The notes below the pieces were generated by a model. The model was not told the origin of the DNA, did not search any database, and saw only the letters and a program-made list of their open reading frames with translations. DNA of 63,458 bases from Raja brachyura (taxonomy: Eukaryota), in contig CAUPSL010001045.1 in assembly GCA_963514005.1 (NCBI GenBank), positions 1 through 63,458 of the forward strand, written 5' to 3'. Made by a program: the position numbers and the translations under genes. Positions 12,146 to 25,005 of this stretch are shown here, in pieces. Position 1 is the stretch's first letter; each line of letters starts with the position of its first letter.

Positions 12146-12752
12146 CTGTCTCACAACAGACTCTGACCCATTGTGGCATTGGGCGCTGTCTCACAGCAGC
12201 CTCTGACCCATTGTGGCATTGGGCTTTGTCTCACAGCAGCCTCTAACCCATTGTGGCATTGGGCTTTGTCTCACAGCCTCTAACCCATTGTGGCATTGGG
12301 CTTTGTCTCACAGCAGCCTCTAACCCACTGTGGCATTGGGCGTTGTCTCACAGCAGTCTCTAACCCATTGTGGCATTAGGCGTTGTCTCACAGCAGCCTC
12401 TAACCCATTGTGACTTTGGGCTTTGTCTCACAGTAGCCTCTAACCGATTGTGCCATTGGGCGCTGTCTCACAAAAGTCTCTAACTCATTGTGGCATTGGG
12501 CGTTGTCTCACAGCAGCCTCTAACCCATTGTGACATTGGGCGCTGTCTCACAGCAGCCTCTAACCCATTGTGACTTTGGGCTTTGTCTCACGGTAGCCTC
12601 TAACCGATTGTGGCATTGGGCGCTGTCTCACAAAAGTCTCTAACTCATTGTGGCATTGGGCGTTGTCTCACAGCAGCCTCTAACCCATTGTGACATTGGG
12701 CGCTGTCTCACAGCAGCCTCTAACCCATTGTGACTTTGGGCTTTGTCTCACA
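12146..12752. repeat. 40-bp minisatellite, ~15 copies
   Basis: Unit TGTCTCACAGCAGCCTCTAACCCATTGTGGCATTGGGCGC. Confidence 0.95.
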
Positions 12753-13997
12753 AACTGGTGAGCAACGATGCGATACAACGGTGAAAACTGTGTTCTGCAC
12801 TCTGTATCGTCCACTTTGCTTTATCTATTTACATACTCATTGACCATCGGCCCAGCTTTCCCCAACCGACAAATGTGACCCATCTACTTGAGGGGGCGCT
12901 GTGCTGCACGGCTGCCAGTCCTGCAGTCCGTTTCTTTTCACGTTAAGTGTGTACTTGAGGGTATAATCTTTTTATCTGTGGATTTGGGGTGGGGGGGAGG
13001 GTGAAACTGCTTTTAAACAGATAACCATATAACCATATAACAATTACAGCACGGAAACAGGCCATCTCGGCCCTTCAAGTCCGTGCCGAACAACTTTTTT
13101 CCCTTAGTCCCACCTGCCTGCACTCATACCATAACCCTCCATACCCTTCTCATCCATATGCCTATCCAATTGATTTTTAAATGATACCAACGAACCTGCC
13201 GCCACCACTTCCACTGGAAGCTCATTCCACACCGCTACCACTCTCTGAGTAAAGAAGTCCCCCCTCATGTTACCCTTAAACCACTGTCCCTTAATTCTAC
13301 AGTCATGTCCTCTTGTTTGAATCTTCCCTATTCTCAAAGGGAAAAACTTGTCCACATCAAATCTGTCTATCCCTCTAATCATTTTAAAGACCTCTATCAA
13401 CTCCCCCCTGAACCTTCTGCGCTCCAGAGAATAAAGAACTTACTTATTCAACCAGTCTCTATAACGCAGCTGTTGAAACCCAGGAAACATTCTAGTAAAT
13501 CGCCTCTGTACCCTCTCTATTTTGTTGACATCCTTCCTATAATTGGGCGACCAAAATTGTACACCATACTCCAGATTTGGTCTGACCAATGCCTTGTACA
13601 ATTTTAACATTACATCCCAGCTTCTATACACAATGCTCTGATTTATAAAGGCTAGCATAACAAAAGCTTTCTTTACCACCCTATCTATATGAGATTCCAC
13701 CTTCAAGGAACTATGCACGGTTATTCCCAGATCCCTCTGTTCAACTGTGTTCTTCAATTCCCTACCGTTTACCATGTACGTCCTATTTTAATTTGTCCTG
13801 CCAAGGTGTAGCACCTCACATTTATCAGCATTAAACTCCATCTGCCATCTTTCAGCCCGTTTTTCCAACTGGCCTAAATCACTCTGTAGACTTTGGAAAT
13901 CCTCTTCATTATCCACAACACCCCCTATCTTGGTATCATCTGCATACTTACTAATCCAATTTACCACCCCTTCATCCAGATCATTGATGTACATGAC

Positions 13998-16900
13998 ATA
14001 GAAACATAGAAACATAGAAAATAGGTGCAGGAGTAGGCCATTCGGCCCTTCGAGCCTGCACCGCCATTCAATGTGATCATGGCTGATCATCCAACTCAGT
14101 ATCCCGTACCTGCCTTCTCTCCATACCCCCTGATCCCTTTAGCCACAAGTGCCACATCTAACGCCCTCTTAAATATAGCCAATGAACTGGCCTCAACTAC
14201 CTTCTGTGGCAGAGAATTCCAGAGACTCACGACTCTCTGTTTAAAGAATGTTTTCCTCATTTCGGTCCTAAAGGAATCCCCCCTTATCCTTGGACTGTGA
14301 ACCCTTGTTCTGGACTCCCCCAACATCGGGAACAATCTAGCTTGTCCAACCCCTTAAGAATTTTGTAAGTTTCTATAAGATCCCCCCTCAATCTTCTAAA
14401 TTCCAGCGAGTACAAGCCGAGTCTATCCAATCTTTCCTCATATGAAAGTCCTGACATCCCAGGAATCAGTCTGGTGAATCTTCTCTGTACCCCCTCTATG
14501 GCAAGGATGTATTTCCTCAGATTTGGAGACCAAAACTGTACGCAATACTCCAGGTGTGGCCTCACCAAAACCCTGTACAACTGCAGTAGAACCTCCCTGG
14601 TCCTATACTCAAATCCTTTCGCTATGAATGCTAACATACCATTTACTTTTTGTTCACTGCCTGCTGCACCTGCATGCCTACTTTCAATGACTGGTGTAGC
14701 ATGACACCCAGGTCGCGTTGCATCTCCCCCTTTCCTAATCTGCCACCATTCAGATAATAGTCTACCCTCATGTTTTTGCCACCAAAGTGGATAACCTCAC
14801 ATTTATCCACATTATACTGCATCTGCCATGCATCTGCCCATTCACTCAGCCTATCCAAATCACCCTGCAGCCTCGAAGCACCCTCCTCACACCTAACTAT
14901 ACCCCCCAGCTTGGTATCATCTGCAAATTTGAAGATGTTGCATTGAATTCCCTCGTCCAAATCATTAATATATATTGTAAATAGCTGGGGTCCCAGCACT
15001 GAGCCTTGCGGCACCCCACTAGTCACTGCCTGCCATTCTGAAAAGGACCCGTTTACTCCTACCCTTTGCCTCCTGTCTGCTAGCCAGTTCTCTATCCACA
15101 TCAATACTGAACCCCCAATACCGTGTGCTTTAAGTTTGTATGCTAATCTATTATGCGGGACCTTGCCGAAAGCCTTCTGAAAGTCTAGATATAACACATC
15201 CACTGGTTCTCCCTTATCCACTCTACTAGTTACATCCTCAAAAAATTCTATCAGATTTGTCAGACATGATTTACCTTTCGTAAAACCATGCTGACTTAGT
15301 CCAATGATTTCACCACTTTCCAAATGCGCTGCTATCCCATCTTTAATAACTGACTCTAGCAGTTTCCCCACTACCGATGTTAGACTAACTGGTCTGTAAT
15401 TCCCCGCTTTCTCTCTCCCTCCTTTTTTAAAAAGTGGGGTTACATTAGCTACCCTCCCATCCTCAGGTACTACTCCAGAATCTAAGGAATTTTGAAAAAT
15501 TATCACTAATGCATCCACTATTTCTGTGGCTACCTCCTTGAGTACTCTGGGATGCAGACTATCTGGCCCTGGGGATTTATCGGCCCTCAATCCGTGCAAT
15601 TTACCCAACACCACCTCCCGGCTAACCTGGATTTCACTCAGTTCCTCCATCTTATTTGACCCCCGTTCCACTGCTATTTCCGGCAGATTATTTATGTCTT
15701 CCTTAGTGAAGACAGAACCAAAGTAGTTATTCAATTGGTCTGCCATGTCCTTGTTCCCCATGATCAATTCACCTGTTTCTGACTGCAAGGGACCAACATT
15801 TGTTTTAACTAGTCTCTTTCTCTTCACATATCTATAAAAACTTTTGCAGTCAGTTTTTATGTTCCCTGCCAGTTTCCTTTCATAATCTATTTTCCCTTTC
15901 CTAATTAAGTCCTTTGTCCTCCTCTGCTGCATTCTGAATTTCTCCCAGTCCTCCGGTAGGCTGCTTTTTCTGGCAAATTTGTGTGCCTCATCTTTTGTTT
16001 TTTATACTATCCCTGATTTCCCTTGTTATCCATGGATGCACCACCTTCCCCGATTTATTCTTTTGCCAAACTGGTATGAACAACTTTTGTACTTCATCCA
16101 TGCAGTCTTTAAATACCTTCCATTGCACATCCACTGTCAACCCTTTAAGAATCACCTGCCAGTCTATCTTGGCCAAATCACATCTCATACCTTCAAAGTT
16201 ACCTTTGTTCAAGTTCAGAACCCTTGTTTCTGACTTAATTTTGTCACTCTCCATCCTAATGCAGAACTCAACCATATTATGGTCACTCTTGCCCAAGGGG
16301 CCACGCACAACAAGACTGCTAACTAACCCTTCCTCATTACTCAATACCCAGTCTAGAATAGCCTGCTCTCTCGTTGGTTCCTCCACATGTTGGTTGAGAA
16401 AACTGTCCCGCATACATTCCAGGAAATCCTCTTCCTCAGCACCCCTGCCAATTTGATTCACCCAATCTACATGCAGATTGAAGTCACCCATTATAACCGT
16501 GTTACCCTTGTTGCACGCATTTCTAATTTCCTGTTTGATGCCATCCCCAACTCCAATACTACTGTTAGGTGGCCTGTACACAGCTCCCACTAGCGTTTTC
16601 TGCCCCTTAGAGTTTCGCAGCTCTACCCATATCGATTCCACATCCTCCACGCTAATGTCCTTCCTTTCTATTGCATTAATCTCCTCTCTCATCAGCAACG
16701 CTACCCCACCTCCTTTTCCTTTTCGTCTATCCCTCCTGAATATTGAATATCCCTGGATGTTCAGCTCCCAGCCTTGGTCATCCTGGAGCCATGTCTCCGT
16801 GATCCCAACAATAGCATAGTCATTAATCGCTATCTGCACCTTCAACTCATCCACCTTATTACGAATGCTCCTCGCATTGAGACACAAAGCCTTCAGGCTT

Positions 16901-18002
16901 GTTTTTACAACACTCTTACTCCTTATACAATTATGTTGACAAGTGGCCCCTTTCACATCGATCCCTATTACACTTGGCCATACTCTCCTATCCCTTTGTG
17001 AGCTTTCTTTCCCGTTAATTCTGGGGTCATTAACCATCCCTTTACTCTCTTTCCCTGTAACTCCGTTCTCGATTATCCCATTTGACACCCCACCCCCCTT
17101 ATTCAGTTTAAAACCATCCGTGTAGCAGTGGCAAACCTGCCGGCCAGAATGCTGGTCCCCCACCTGTTAAGATGCAATCCGTCCCTTTTGTACAGTTCCC
17201 CCTTACTCCAAAACAGATCCCAGTGATCTAAGAATCTAAATCCCTGCCTCCTGCACCTGTTCCTCAGCCACACATTCAGGTCCCGTATCTCCCTGTTCCT
17301 GCTCTCGCCAGCACGAGGAACTGGAAGCAAACCGGAGATAACAACCCTGGAAGTCCTGCTTTTCAGCATTTTTCCAAGCTCTCTGAAGTCCCGCTGCAAA
17401 ATATTCATCCCCTTCTTTCCAACATCATTTGTGCCAACATGCACGACCACTTCCGGCTGTTCACCTTCGCCCTTGAGGATTGTCTGCACTCTGTCCGTTA
17501 CATCCTGCATCCTGGCACCAGGAAGGCAGCACACCATTCTGGAATCCCGTCTGTTGCCGCAAAAACCCCTGTCCGTACCTCTCACAATGGAGTCTCCAAC
17601 TACAATGGCGTTGCCCGACTTTGGCCTCTTTGGGTTTGGCTCATCAGCCCTTTTTGTTTGGCAAGCCAGTCCGCCGCTCAGTGAGATACCGTCTTCTGTC
17701 CCGGCAGCTTCCACGTGGGTGAACCTGTTCACAACAGGTACAACACCCGGGGACCTTTGCATTCCATGTTTTCCTCCCTTTCTCACCGTCACCCACCTTC
17801 TCTCTTCTAGTGCCTTTGGTGTAACAACCTTACTGAAGGACTTGTCGAGGAACGACTCAGTTTCTCGGATGAACCTGAGGTCATCCACTTGTTTCTCCAG
17901 TTCCCCAACACGGTCCTTCAGGAGCTGTACCTGGATGCACTTCTCACATTTGTAGCATCCAGAGGCACCAGCAGTGTCCTTGACCTCCCACATACTGCAA
18001 GC
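13998..18002 (-). mobile_element. Nested CR1 (inner element): ORF1 17993-17103, ORF2 ~17100-14096 with a few lesions, no 5'UTR
   Basis: ORF1 CEKC plus GDS..HVGTND..DGLH SGNH esterase; APE endonuclease in ORF 15988-17163; RT in ORF 14643-15932; (ATAGAAAC)n tail; nearly identical to 7120-8829. Confidence 0.95.
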
Positions 18003-21000
18003 AACAACAAAGGACCAAGCACAGATCCCTGAGGAACCCCACTAGTCACCTGCCCCCAACCCGACAAACAGCCATCCACCATTACGCTCTGGCTTCTCCC
18101 ATTCAGCCACTGTTGAATCCATCTTGCTATTCCTGCATTTATACCCAACAGTTAAACCTTCTTAACCAACCTTCCATGAGGAACCTTGTCAAAGGCCTTA
18201 CTGAAGTCCATATAGACAACATCCACTGCTTTACCCTCGTCAATTTCCCTAGTAACATCTTCAAAAAATTCAAGAAGATTAGTCAAACATGACTTTCCAG
18301 GCATAAATCCATGTTGACTGTTCCTAATTAGACCCTCTTTATACAGACACTTATATATATTATCTCCATGTATCTTTTCCATTAATTTGCCCACCACTGA
18401 AGTCAAACTAACCGGTCTATAATTGCTTGGTTTACTATTAGAACCCTTTTTAAACAATGGAACAGCATGCGCAGTACGCCAATCCTCGGGGACTATTCCC
18501 GTTTCTAATGACATTTGAAATATTTCTGTCATAGCCCCGGCTATTTCTACACTAACTTCCCTCAATGTCCCAGGGAATATCCAATCGAGACCTGGAGACT
18601 TATCCACTTTTATATTTTTCAAAAGTGTCAGTACTTCTTTTAATTGAAACTCATAGTATCCATAGCTACTCTACTAGTTTCCCTTACCTCACATAATTCA
18701 ATATCCTTCTCCTTGGTGAATACCGAAGAAAATAAATTGTTCAATATCTCCCCCATCTCTTTTGGCTCTGCAGATAGCTGTCCACTCGGTCTCTCCAATG
18801 GACCAATTTTATCCCTTGTTATCCTTTTGTTATTAATATAGCTGTAGAACCCCTTTGGATTTACTTTCACCTTACTTGCCAAAGCAACCTCATATCTTCT
18901 TTTAGCTTTTCTAATTTCTTTCTTAAGATTCTTTATACATTCCTTATACTCCTCAAGCACCTCATTTACTTCATGCTGCCTATAATTAATGTAGATCTCC
19001 CTCTTTTTCCGAACAAGATGTCCAATTTCCCTTGAAAACGAGGGCTCTTTCCAATTTTTACTGGTTCCTTTCAACCGAACAGGAACATAAAGATTCTGTA
19101 CACTTAAAATTTCCCCTTTAAATGTCCTCCATTTCTCCTCTACATCTTTCCCATAAAAGAAAATATCCCAGTTCACTCCTTTTAAATCATCTCGCATCTC
19201 GTTAAAGTTAGCCTTTCTCCAATTAAACATCTCAACCCTAGGCCCAGTTCTGTCCTTCTCCATAATTATATTGAAACTAATGGTATTGTGATCACTGGAC
19301 CCGAAGTGCTCCCCAACGCATACCACCGCCACCTGTCCGGTCTCATTTCCTAACAGGAGGTCCAGCACTGCCCCTCCTCTAGTAGGCACCTCTCTGTATT
19401 GCTGCGAAAAACTATCCTGCACACATTTTACAAACTCCAAACCATCCAGCCCATTTACAGAATGTGTTTCCCAGTCTATGTGTGGAAATTTGAAATCTCC
19501 CACAATCACTACCTTGTGCTTACTACTAATATCTGCTATCTCTTTACATATTTGCTCTTCCAATTCCCGTTCCCCATTTGGCGGTCTATAATATACCCCT
19601 ATAAGTGTTGCTACACCTTTCCCACTTCTCAGTTCCACTCAAATAGCCTCCCTAAATGAGCCCTGAAATCTATCCTGCCAAAGCACTGCTGTAATATCTT
19701 CCCTGACTCGCAATGCAGCACCTCCACCTCTTGCCACTATCACACCTGAAGCAACGAAATCCTGGAATATTTAGTTTCCAATTAGAGCCCTCCTGCAACC
19801 CTGTTTCACTGATTGCCACAACATCATACTTCCAGGTGTCTATCCAGACTCTAAGCTCGTCCACCTTTCTTAGAATGCTCCTAGCATTAAAATATGCACA
19901 TTTAAGAAACCCGCCATCCCTTATTCTCTGTTTATTTCCTTTTTCTTCTTTCTCCTCTTGTGTCCGAGTGCTTCCCTTTTCTGCTTCCTGCCTCCCATTC
20001 TGTCTACTTGCTTTTGCTATTTGCATCCCTCGCCCCAACCATTCTAGTTTAAAGTCTCCCCAGTGGCCTTTGCAAATTTCCCCGCCAGGATATTGGTCCC
20101 CCTCCGGTTCAAGTGCAACCCATCCTTTCTGTACAGGTCCCACCTACCCCAAAAGCAGTCCCAATGATCCAGAAACTTGAATCCCTGTCCTCTGCACCAG
20201 TCTTTCAGCCAAGCATTTATCCTCCACCTTGCTCCATTTCTACTCTCACTGTCGCGTGGCACAGGCAGTAATCCTGAGATTGTTACCTTTTTGGTCCTTT
20301 TCCTCAACTCTCCTCCCAAGTCCTTAAATCCTCCCTTCAGGACCTCTTCCCTTTTTTTACTTATGTCACTGGTACCTATATGTACCACTACCTCAGGCTC
20401 CTCTCCCTCTGATTTGAGGATATCTTGGACACGTTTAGACACGTCAGAGACCTTGGCACCAGGGAGGCTGACCACCATCCTGGTCTCCCGATTGCGTCCA
20501 CACAATCGCCTATCCGACCCCCTAACTATAGAGTCCCCAATTACTATTGCCCTCCCCCTTTTTTCCCTACCTTTCGGAGCAACAGGGCCGGTCTCTGTTC
20601 TGAAGGCCCGTCCGCTGTCGCTACCCCCGGGTACTCCCATCACCCCCATCCGTACTCAAACAGGAGTACTTATTTGCCAGGTGTACTGACATTGGAGTAC
20701 TCACTCGTTCATGCCTCAGCCCCTTGCCCTTCCTTAACGTGACCCACATGTCTCTCTCCTGTGGGTTTGGAGTGACCACCTCCCTATAACTCTCCTCTAT
20801 CACCTCTTCACTCTCCCTAACCAGGCAGAGGTCATCGAGCTGCTGCTCCAGGATCCTAATACGGTCCCTTAGGTGCCCCATCTCTCTGCACATGATGCAG
20901 ATGTGGACGTCAAGAGGGCCATCCGACACCATGACCTCCCACATCTGACATGCAGTACAGTACACTGCTCTGGCTGATATTCTATCGCCTTACCCTGGAT

Positions 21001-21109
21001 CCGATACCAGTATAATATAATGGAAACTGCTGTGAGAAATCATCAGGTATCTGACTCAAACAGCAGCTCCCTCTTGACCTTTAAACTACAACTTTATTTT
21101 GCAAACCAA

Positions 21110-21240
21110 AAGCACTGTACCTTTGCTAACCCACTGTAGCTTTACTAACCCACTGTACCTTTACTAAAGCACTGTACCTTTACTAAAGCACTGTACCCTT
21201 ACTAAAACATTGTACCTTTACTCACCCACTGTACCGTTAA
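21110..21240. repeat. 19-bp tandem repeat in CR1 5'UTR
   Basis: (ACTAAAGCACTGTACCTTT)n, ~6-7 copies. Confidence 0.85.
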
Positions 21241-21366
21241 CCAAAAAGCAGAAATACTAACCAGAGGTTCCACCCAATCAGCTGCTTCCTCTAGTCTGCT
21301 TCCACCAATCAGCGGCTTCCACCAGAAACCTCCCTATTCACTGTGGAATGTTCCGGATTTAGGTAA

Positions 21367-21565
21367 GCCCCTGACCCTCCCCCACTCGCACCAACGGTCC
21401 CGGGCCTCTGTAAAAACAAGCCCCGCGCTGGATTTATGTATTCACCGCCCCTGACCCTCCTCCACTCGCACCAACGGTCCCGGGCCTCTGTAAAAACAAG
21501 CCCCGCGCTGGATTTATGTACTCACCGCCCCTGACCCTCCTCCACTCGCACCAAAGGTCCCGGAA
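21367..21565 (-). repeat. 80-bp tandem monomers (~2.5 copies) at the CR1 5' end
   Basis: gcccctgaccctcc..cgcaccaacggtcccgggcctctgtaaaaacaagccccgcgctggatttatgta.tcacc repeated with period 80. Confidence 0.9.
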
Positions 21566-22130
21566 CTCTCAATTCTCCTGCATCTGAAATACAAAGGGAA
21601 GATATAATATACACAGATGACAGAAGACATCGGCGGAGAATGTGGACATTTGTAATGTCAGAAGTTAATTATCTCATCAAAACTCCGATATTATGAGGAG
21701 TTGCGATGAGGGATTTCGTGAAGAACCCGCCAGCACGCATGCGCGACATCTCTTCAATGCAGCGGTGTGGAATCACAGAACCAACAAACCAAATAAATGT
21801 CTTGGTATAGTAAGATTGAAGAGACTCGAGTTACCAGTTGACTTTATGATCGAGGGTTGGGAGCGTAGGGCACGAAATCCCTCATCGCAACTCCTCATAA
21901 AATAAAGATCAAACCTCAAACTGGTAAGTTCTCGTTTAATCTTACTATTTCATTTCGGAGTCACGTGAGTGACTTCGTGAAGACTTCAAAGCTCTGTGAT
22001 TACACGCCCTGGACAACGTCCATGCTATCACACACGCCACGATAAGGATGGACAGGAGTAATCAAAATTTTCAGACTGCTTGTTCTGAAAAATAATAATA
22101 TTTATTAATAATAACAAAAGAAAACCCCCC

Positions 22131-23120
22131 TCACTGGGGAGTAATTGAATGTTCTCGGCCTGCATTCAGTACAGCTTCTGCGAACATTCCAGGAGCGGTA
22201 ATAGGTTTATTATAAAACCGCTGAAAAGTGGCTTCACTGGCCCATCCCGCTGTGGCTAGTATATGGTCCGTGGGCACCTCCATGACCTTTGCCGCCGACG
22301 TTGATGCAGCCCTGGTGGAATGGGATTTAAATACATTAGTATCTATACCTGCTTCGTTCAAAACGATCCTGAGCCATCTGGAGATTGTCTGTACCGTCAC
22401 TCTATGGTGAGGTCTCTTGTGGCTGATTATCAAGTATTGCTCCATTCCCCTTAATTTCCACGTCACTTTAATATAGTGGCGGATATGGGTGGCTAAACAT
22501 AGCCTGGCATCAGCGGGGTATGCTGGAAACACCAGCTGCAACCCTGTGAATCCAGGCCTGTGCTGTTTAAGCAATTAATCAATAAAGAAAATGACTTTTT
22601 CTGGGGTAGAGATCATTCTATCAATCTTGATCTTGTGAAGAGTCTGTACCCTTTGTGCCGAAGTAAGTGCCAATAACATCACCAACTTCAGGGTGAGTTT
22701 GTCCAATTCAAGCCCCATCATGGGCGACCACGTCCTGAGCAGGGTCAGTACCTTCCCAATATCCCAGGTGACGTTGTAACGAGGTCTGGGCGGATTGGAA
22801 TTAAATATTCCCCGCATAAGTTTGGACACCAGTTTATTGGATCCTACCTCCATATTGAGGTAGGATGATAGTGCGCTCCTGGCGCTATTGATGGCACTGT
22901 AGCTGAGGTGTTCGTCATGATGTAACCCCGCAAGGAACTCCAGCACATCTGTGATTGAAACGGAGTCATATGCAATGTCCAAGCGGCCCCAGTAGGTTTC
23001 CCATTTTCTGATGTGCGATAAATATTGCCGTCTTGTGGACTCCCTGCATGATGCTCCCATGGTATCCATGGTCCTTGATGAGAGACCATACTGCAGTAAT
23101 GGTCTGTTCAAATCCTGCAA
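22131..23120 (-). pseudogene. DIRS tyrosine recombinase (one in-frame stop at 22575-22577)
   Basis: LLALTSAQRVQTL (catalytic R), SHSTRAAS (HxxR), AGW..TFQRFY (W, Y). Confidence 0.9.
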
Positions 23121-23480
23121 GCCAATAAATTCAAATGACTATGGCAGGGATGTGGTTCCCCTGTAACAGGGTTCATCACCAATTGTGGGTAACCCTCTAA
23201 GAGGACCCATGGTTGACTGATCATACCAAGGACCACCGGATACCATGACTGAGTAGGCCAGTCGGGTATGATAAGAATGCCATAAGCAGCATATAGCTGG
23301 ATTTTCCCCAATACCCGACTGATGAGGCAAAATGGAGGAAATGCATTTCCCCCAGTCTAGCGAGAAAGCGTCCATCGCCATTGCCCCAGGATCTGGCTCC
23401 CATGAGACATATGTTGGTACCTGATGGTTTAACCGTGACGCAAAAAAGGTCAATATCCGGCTTACCAAATGTGGCTGTAA
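23108..23480 (-). pseudogene. DIRS DNA N6-adenine methyltransferase-like domain, frameshifted
   Basis: FGKPDIDLF/ASRLNHQ..DAFSLDW..ILIIPDWPTQSWYP assembled across frames. Confidence 0.75.
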
Positions 23481-25000
23481 TTTGTTCGAATATTTGGGAA
23501 TTCAACATCCACTCGATGTTGTCATTAAATTTCCGTGACCTGGTGTCCGCCACTGTGTTGAGCTTACCTGGTGAATAGGTAGCTGAAATCCAAATATTCC
23601 TTTGTATACACCAGAGCCAAATTGTATTAGCCAATTCATCACATGAAATTGACCTGGTACCGCCCATATGATTTAGATATGCCACCGCAGTGGTGTTGTC
23701 TATTTGGAGACGGACATAAGCTCTGAGTCCGTGGAATGCCCCAAGCATCTCCAAATAATTTATCCCTTGTGCTAACAAAAGGGTAGATTCTAGTGAGTCC
23801 CATCTGCCCCCACAACTGGTGTTGTTGTCCGTAGCTCCCCAGCCATGGGAGCTTGCGTCTGTTTGTAAGTATACCACCGGACGAGGCACAATGATGGGTT
23901 TAAATGAGTTATGGATATTGTCAATCCACCATTGTAACTCAATTTTTGACTTGAGTGGCAACTGCATAGGTCTATCAAAATGTCCAGCATTCAATTTTAA
24001 CGCTGAAATCTTGGATCTTTGTAAATTTTGATAATGTAAAGGTCCGAATTGAGCAGCTGGAAAAAACTGCTACGATTTTCCCAATTACCTTAGCAGTTTG
24101 TCTGATTGATGGTATACTGGCGCAGACCAGGTTCTTGCATGTTTGAATGACATCCCCAACTTTGTTAATTGGTATGGTGGCAATCATGTGATTGCAATCT
24201 ATCGTGAACCCCAGATAGTCCATGGTCTGTGAAGGACAGAACTTTGATTTATCTGGATGGATAATAAACCCCATTTTTTGGAATATTTCCACAGTGGCTG
24301 AAACTGCCAATTTTGCTGATTCCAATGTATGCCCAATAATTAGGATATCATCTAGATAAGCCATGACCGTGTGATTTGCCATCCTCAGTGTAGCTAACAC
24401 TGGCTTGAGTAATTTGGTAAACAGTCTAGGGGCTGTGGTAAGCCCATTGGGCAAAGCCTTATATTGCCAAAGTTGATCCATCCAGATGAATTTCAAGAAC
24501 TTCCTGTGATGTTTCTGAACGGATACTGAATAGTATGCATCTTTCAGATCAATGCATGCCATGAAGCAGCCCTCAGAAATCAAAGATTTGGCTGTTTCAA
24601 ACGTGTCCATTTTGAAATGAGTATATTTTACAAAGGTATTCAAATGGGTTAGGTCTATAATGACCCTACATCCTCCATCTTTTTTGGTTTTAGTAAATAT
24701 ATTGGATACAAATTCAATCGGTTCATGTGTAGTTCTTTCTATCACACCTTTCTCTTGTAGTCTCAATATTTCAACATAGCCTACTGCTGTTTCCTTCCTG
24801 GAAAGTGCAAATCTGCGATTTGGCATATGCTGAGGTGGAGGAATTTGGCCATTTATGAATTCAATCTCATAGCCCTGAATACTTAGTAAAATAAACTCAT
24901 CTGAGGTGAGGGTTTCCCATGCCTCCTTAAACCCCCGTAGTCTACCCCCAACATGTGAGGTTAGACATGCCAGTGCATGAAAACCAGACCGCCTTACCTT
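23480..25000 (-). pseudogene. DIRS reverse transcriptase / RNase H, frameshifted
   Basis: IDLKDAYY, LPNGL..APR.FTK, YLDD; RNase H TDAS..GWG, INYLE, DNTTAVAY, N.VAD..SR. Confidence 0.9.
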
Positions 25001-25005
25001 CATGG

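Larger units (their letters stand above)
13020..21570 (-). mobile_element. Full-length decayed CR1 (outer element): 5'UTR ~21570-20970, ORF1 20965-20044, ORF2 ~20050-18003 and 13997-13104; split by a nested CR1
   Basis: ORF1 has CTAC..CIMC zinc finger plus GDS/GTSD/DGLH esterase; endonuclease NARS/ETG/YRPP/SDH; RT GSVLGPLL|VMYINDLD is continuous across the insertion; (ATAACCAT)n tail. Confidence 0.9.

Noticed and set aside
12146-12752. CRISPR-like regular array
   Set aside because: Head-to-tail units with no unique spacers, eukaryotic context, no cas genes.
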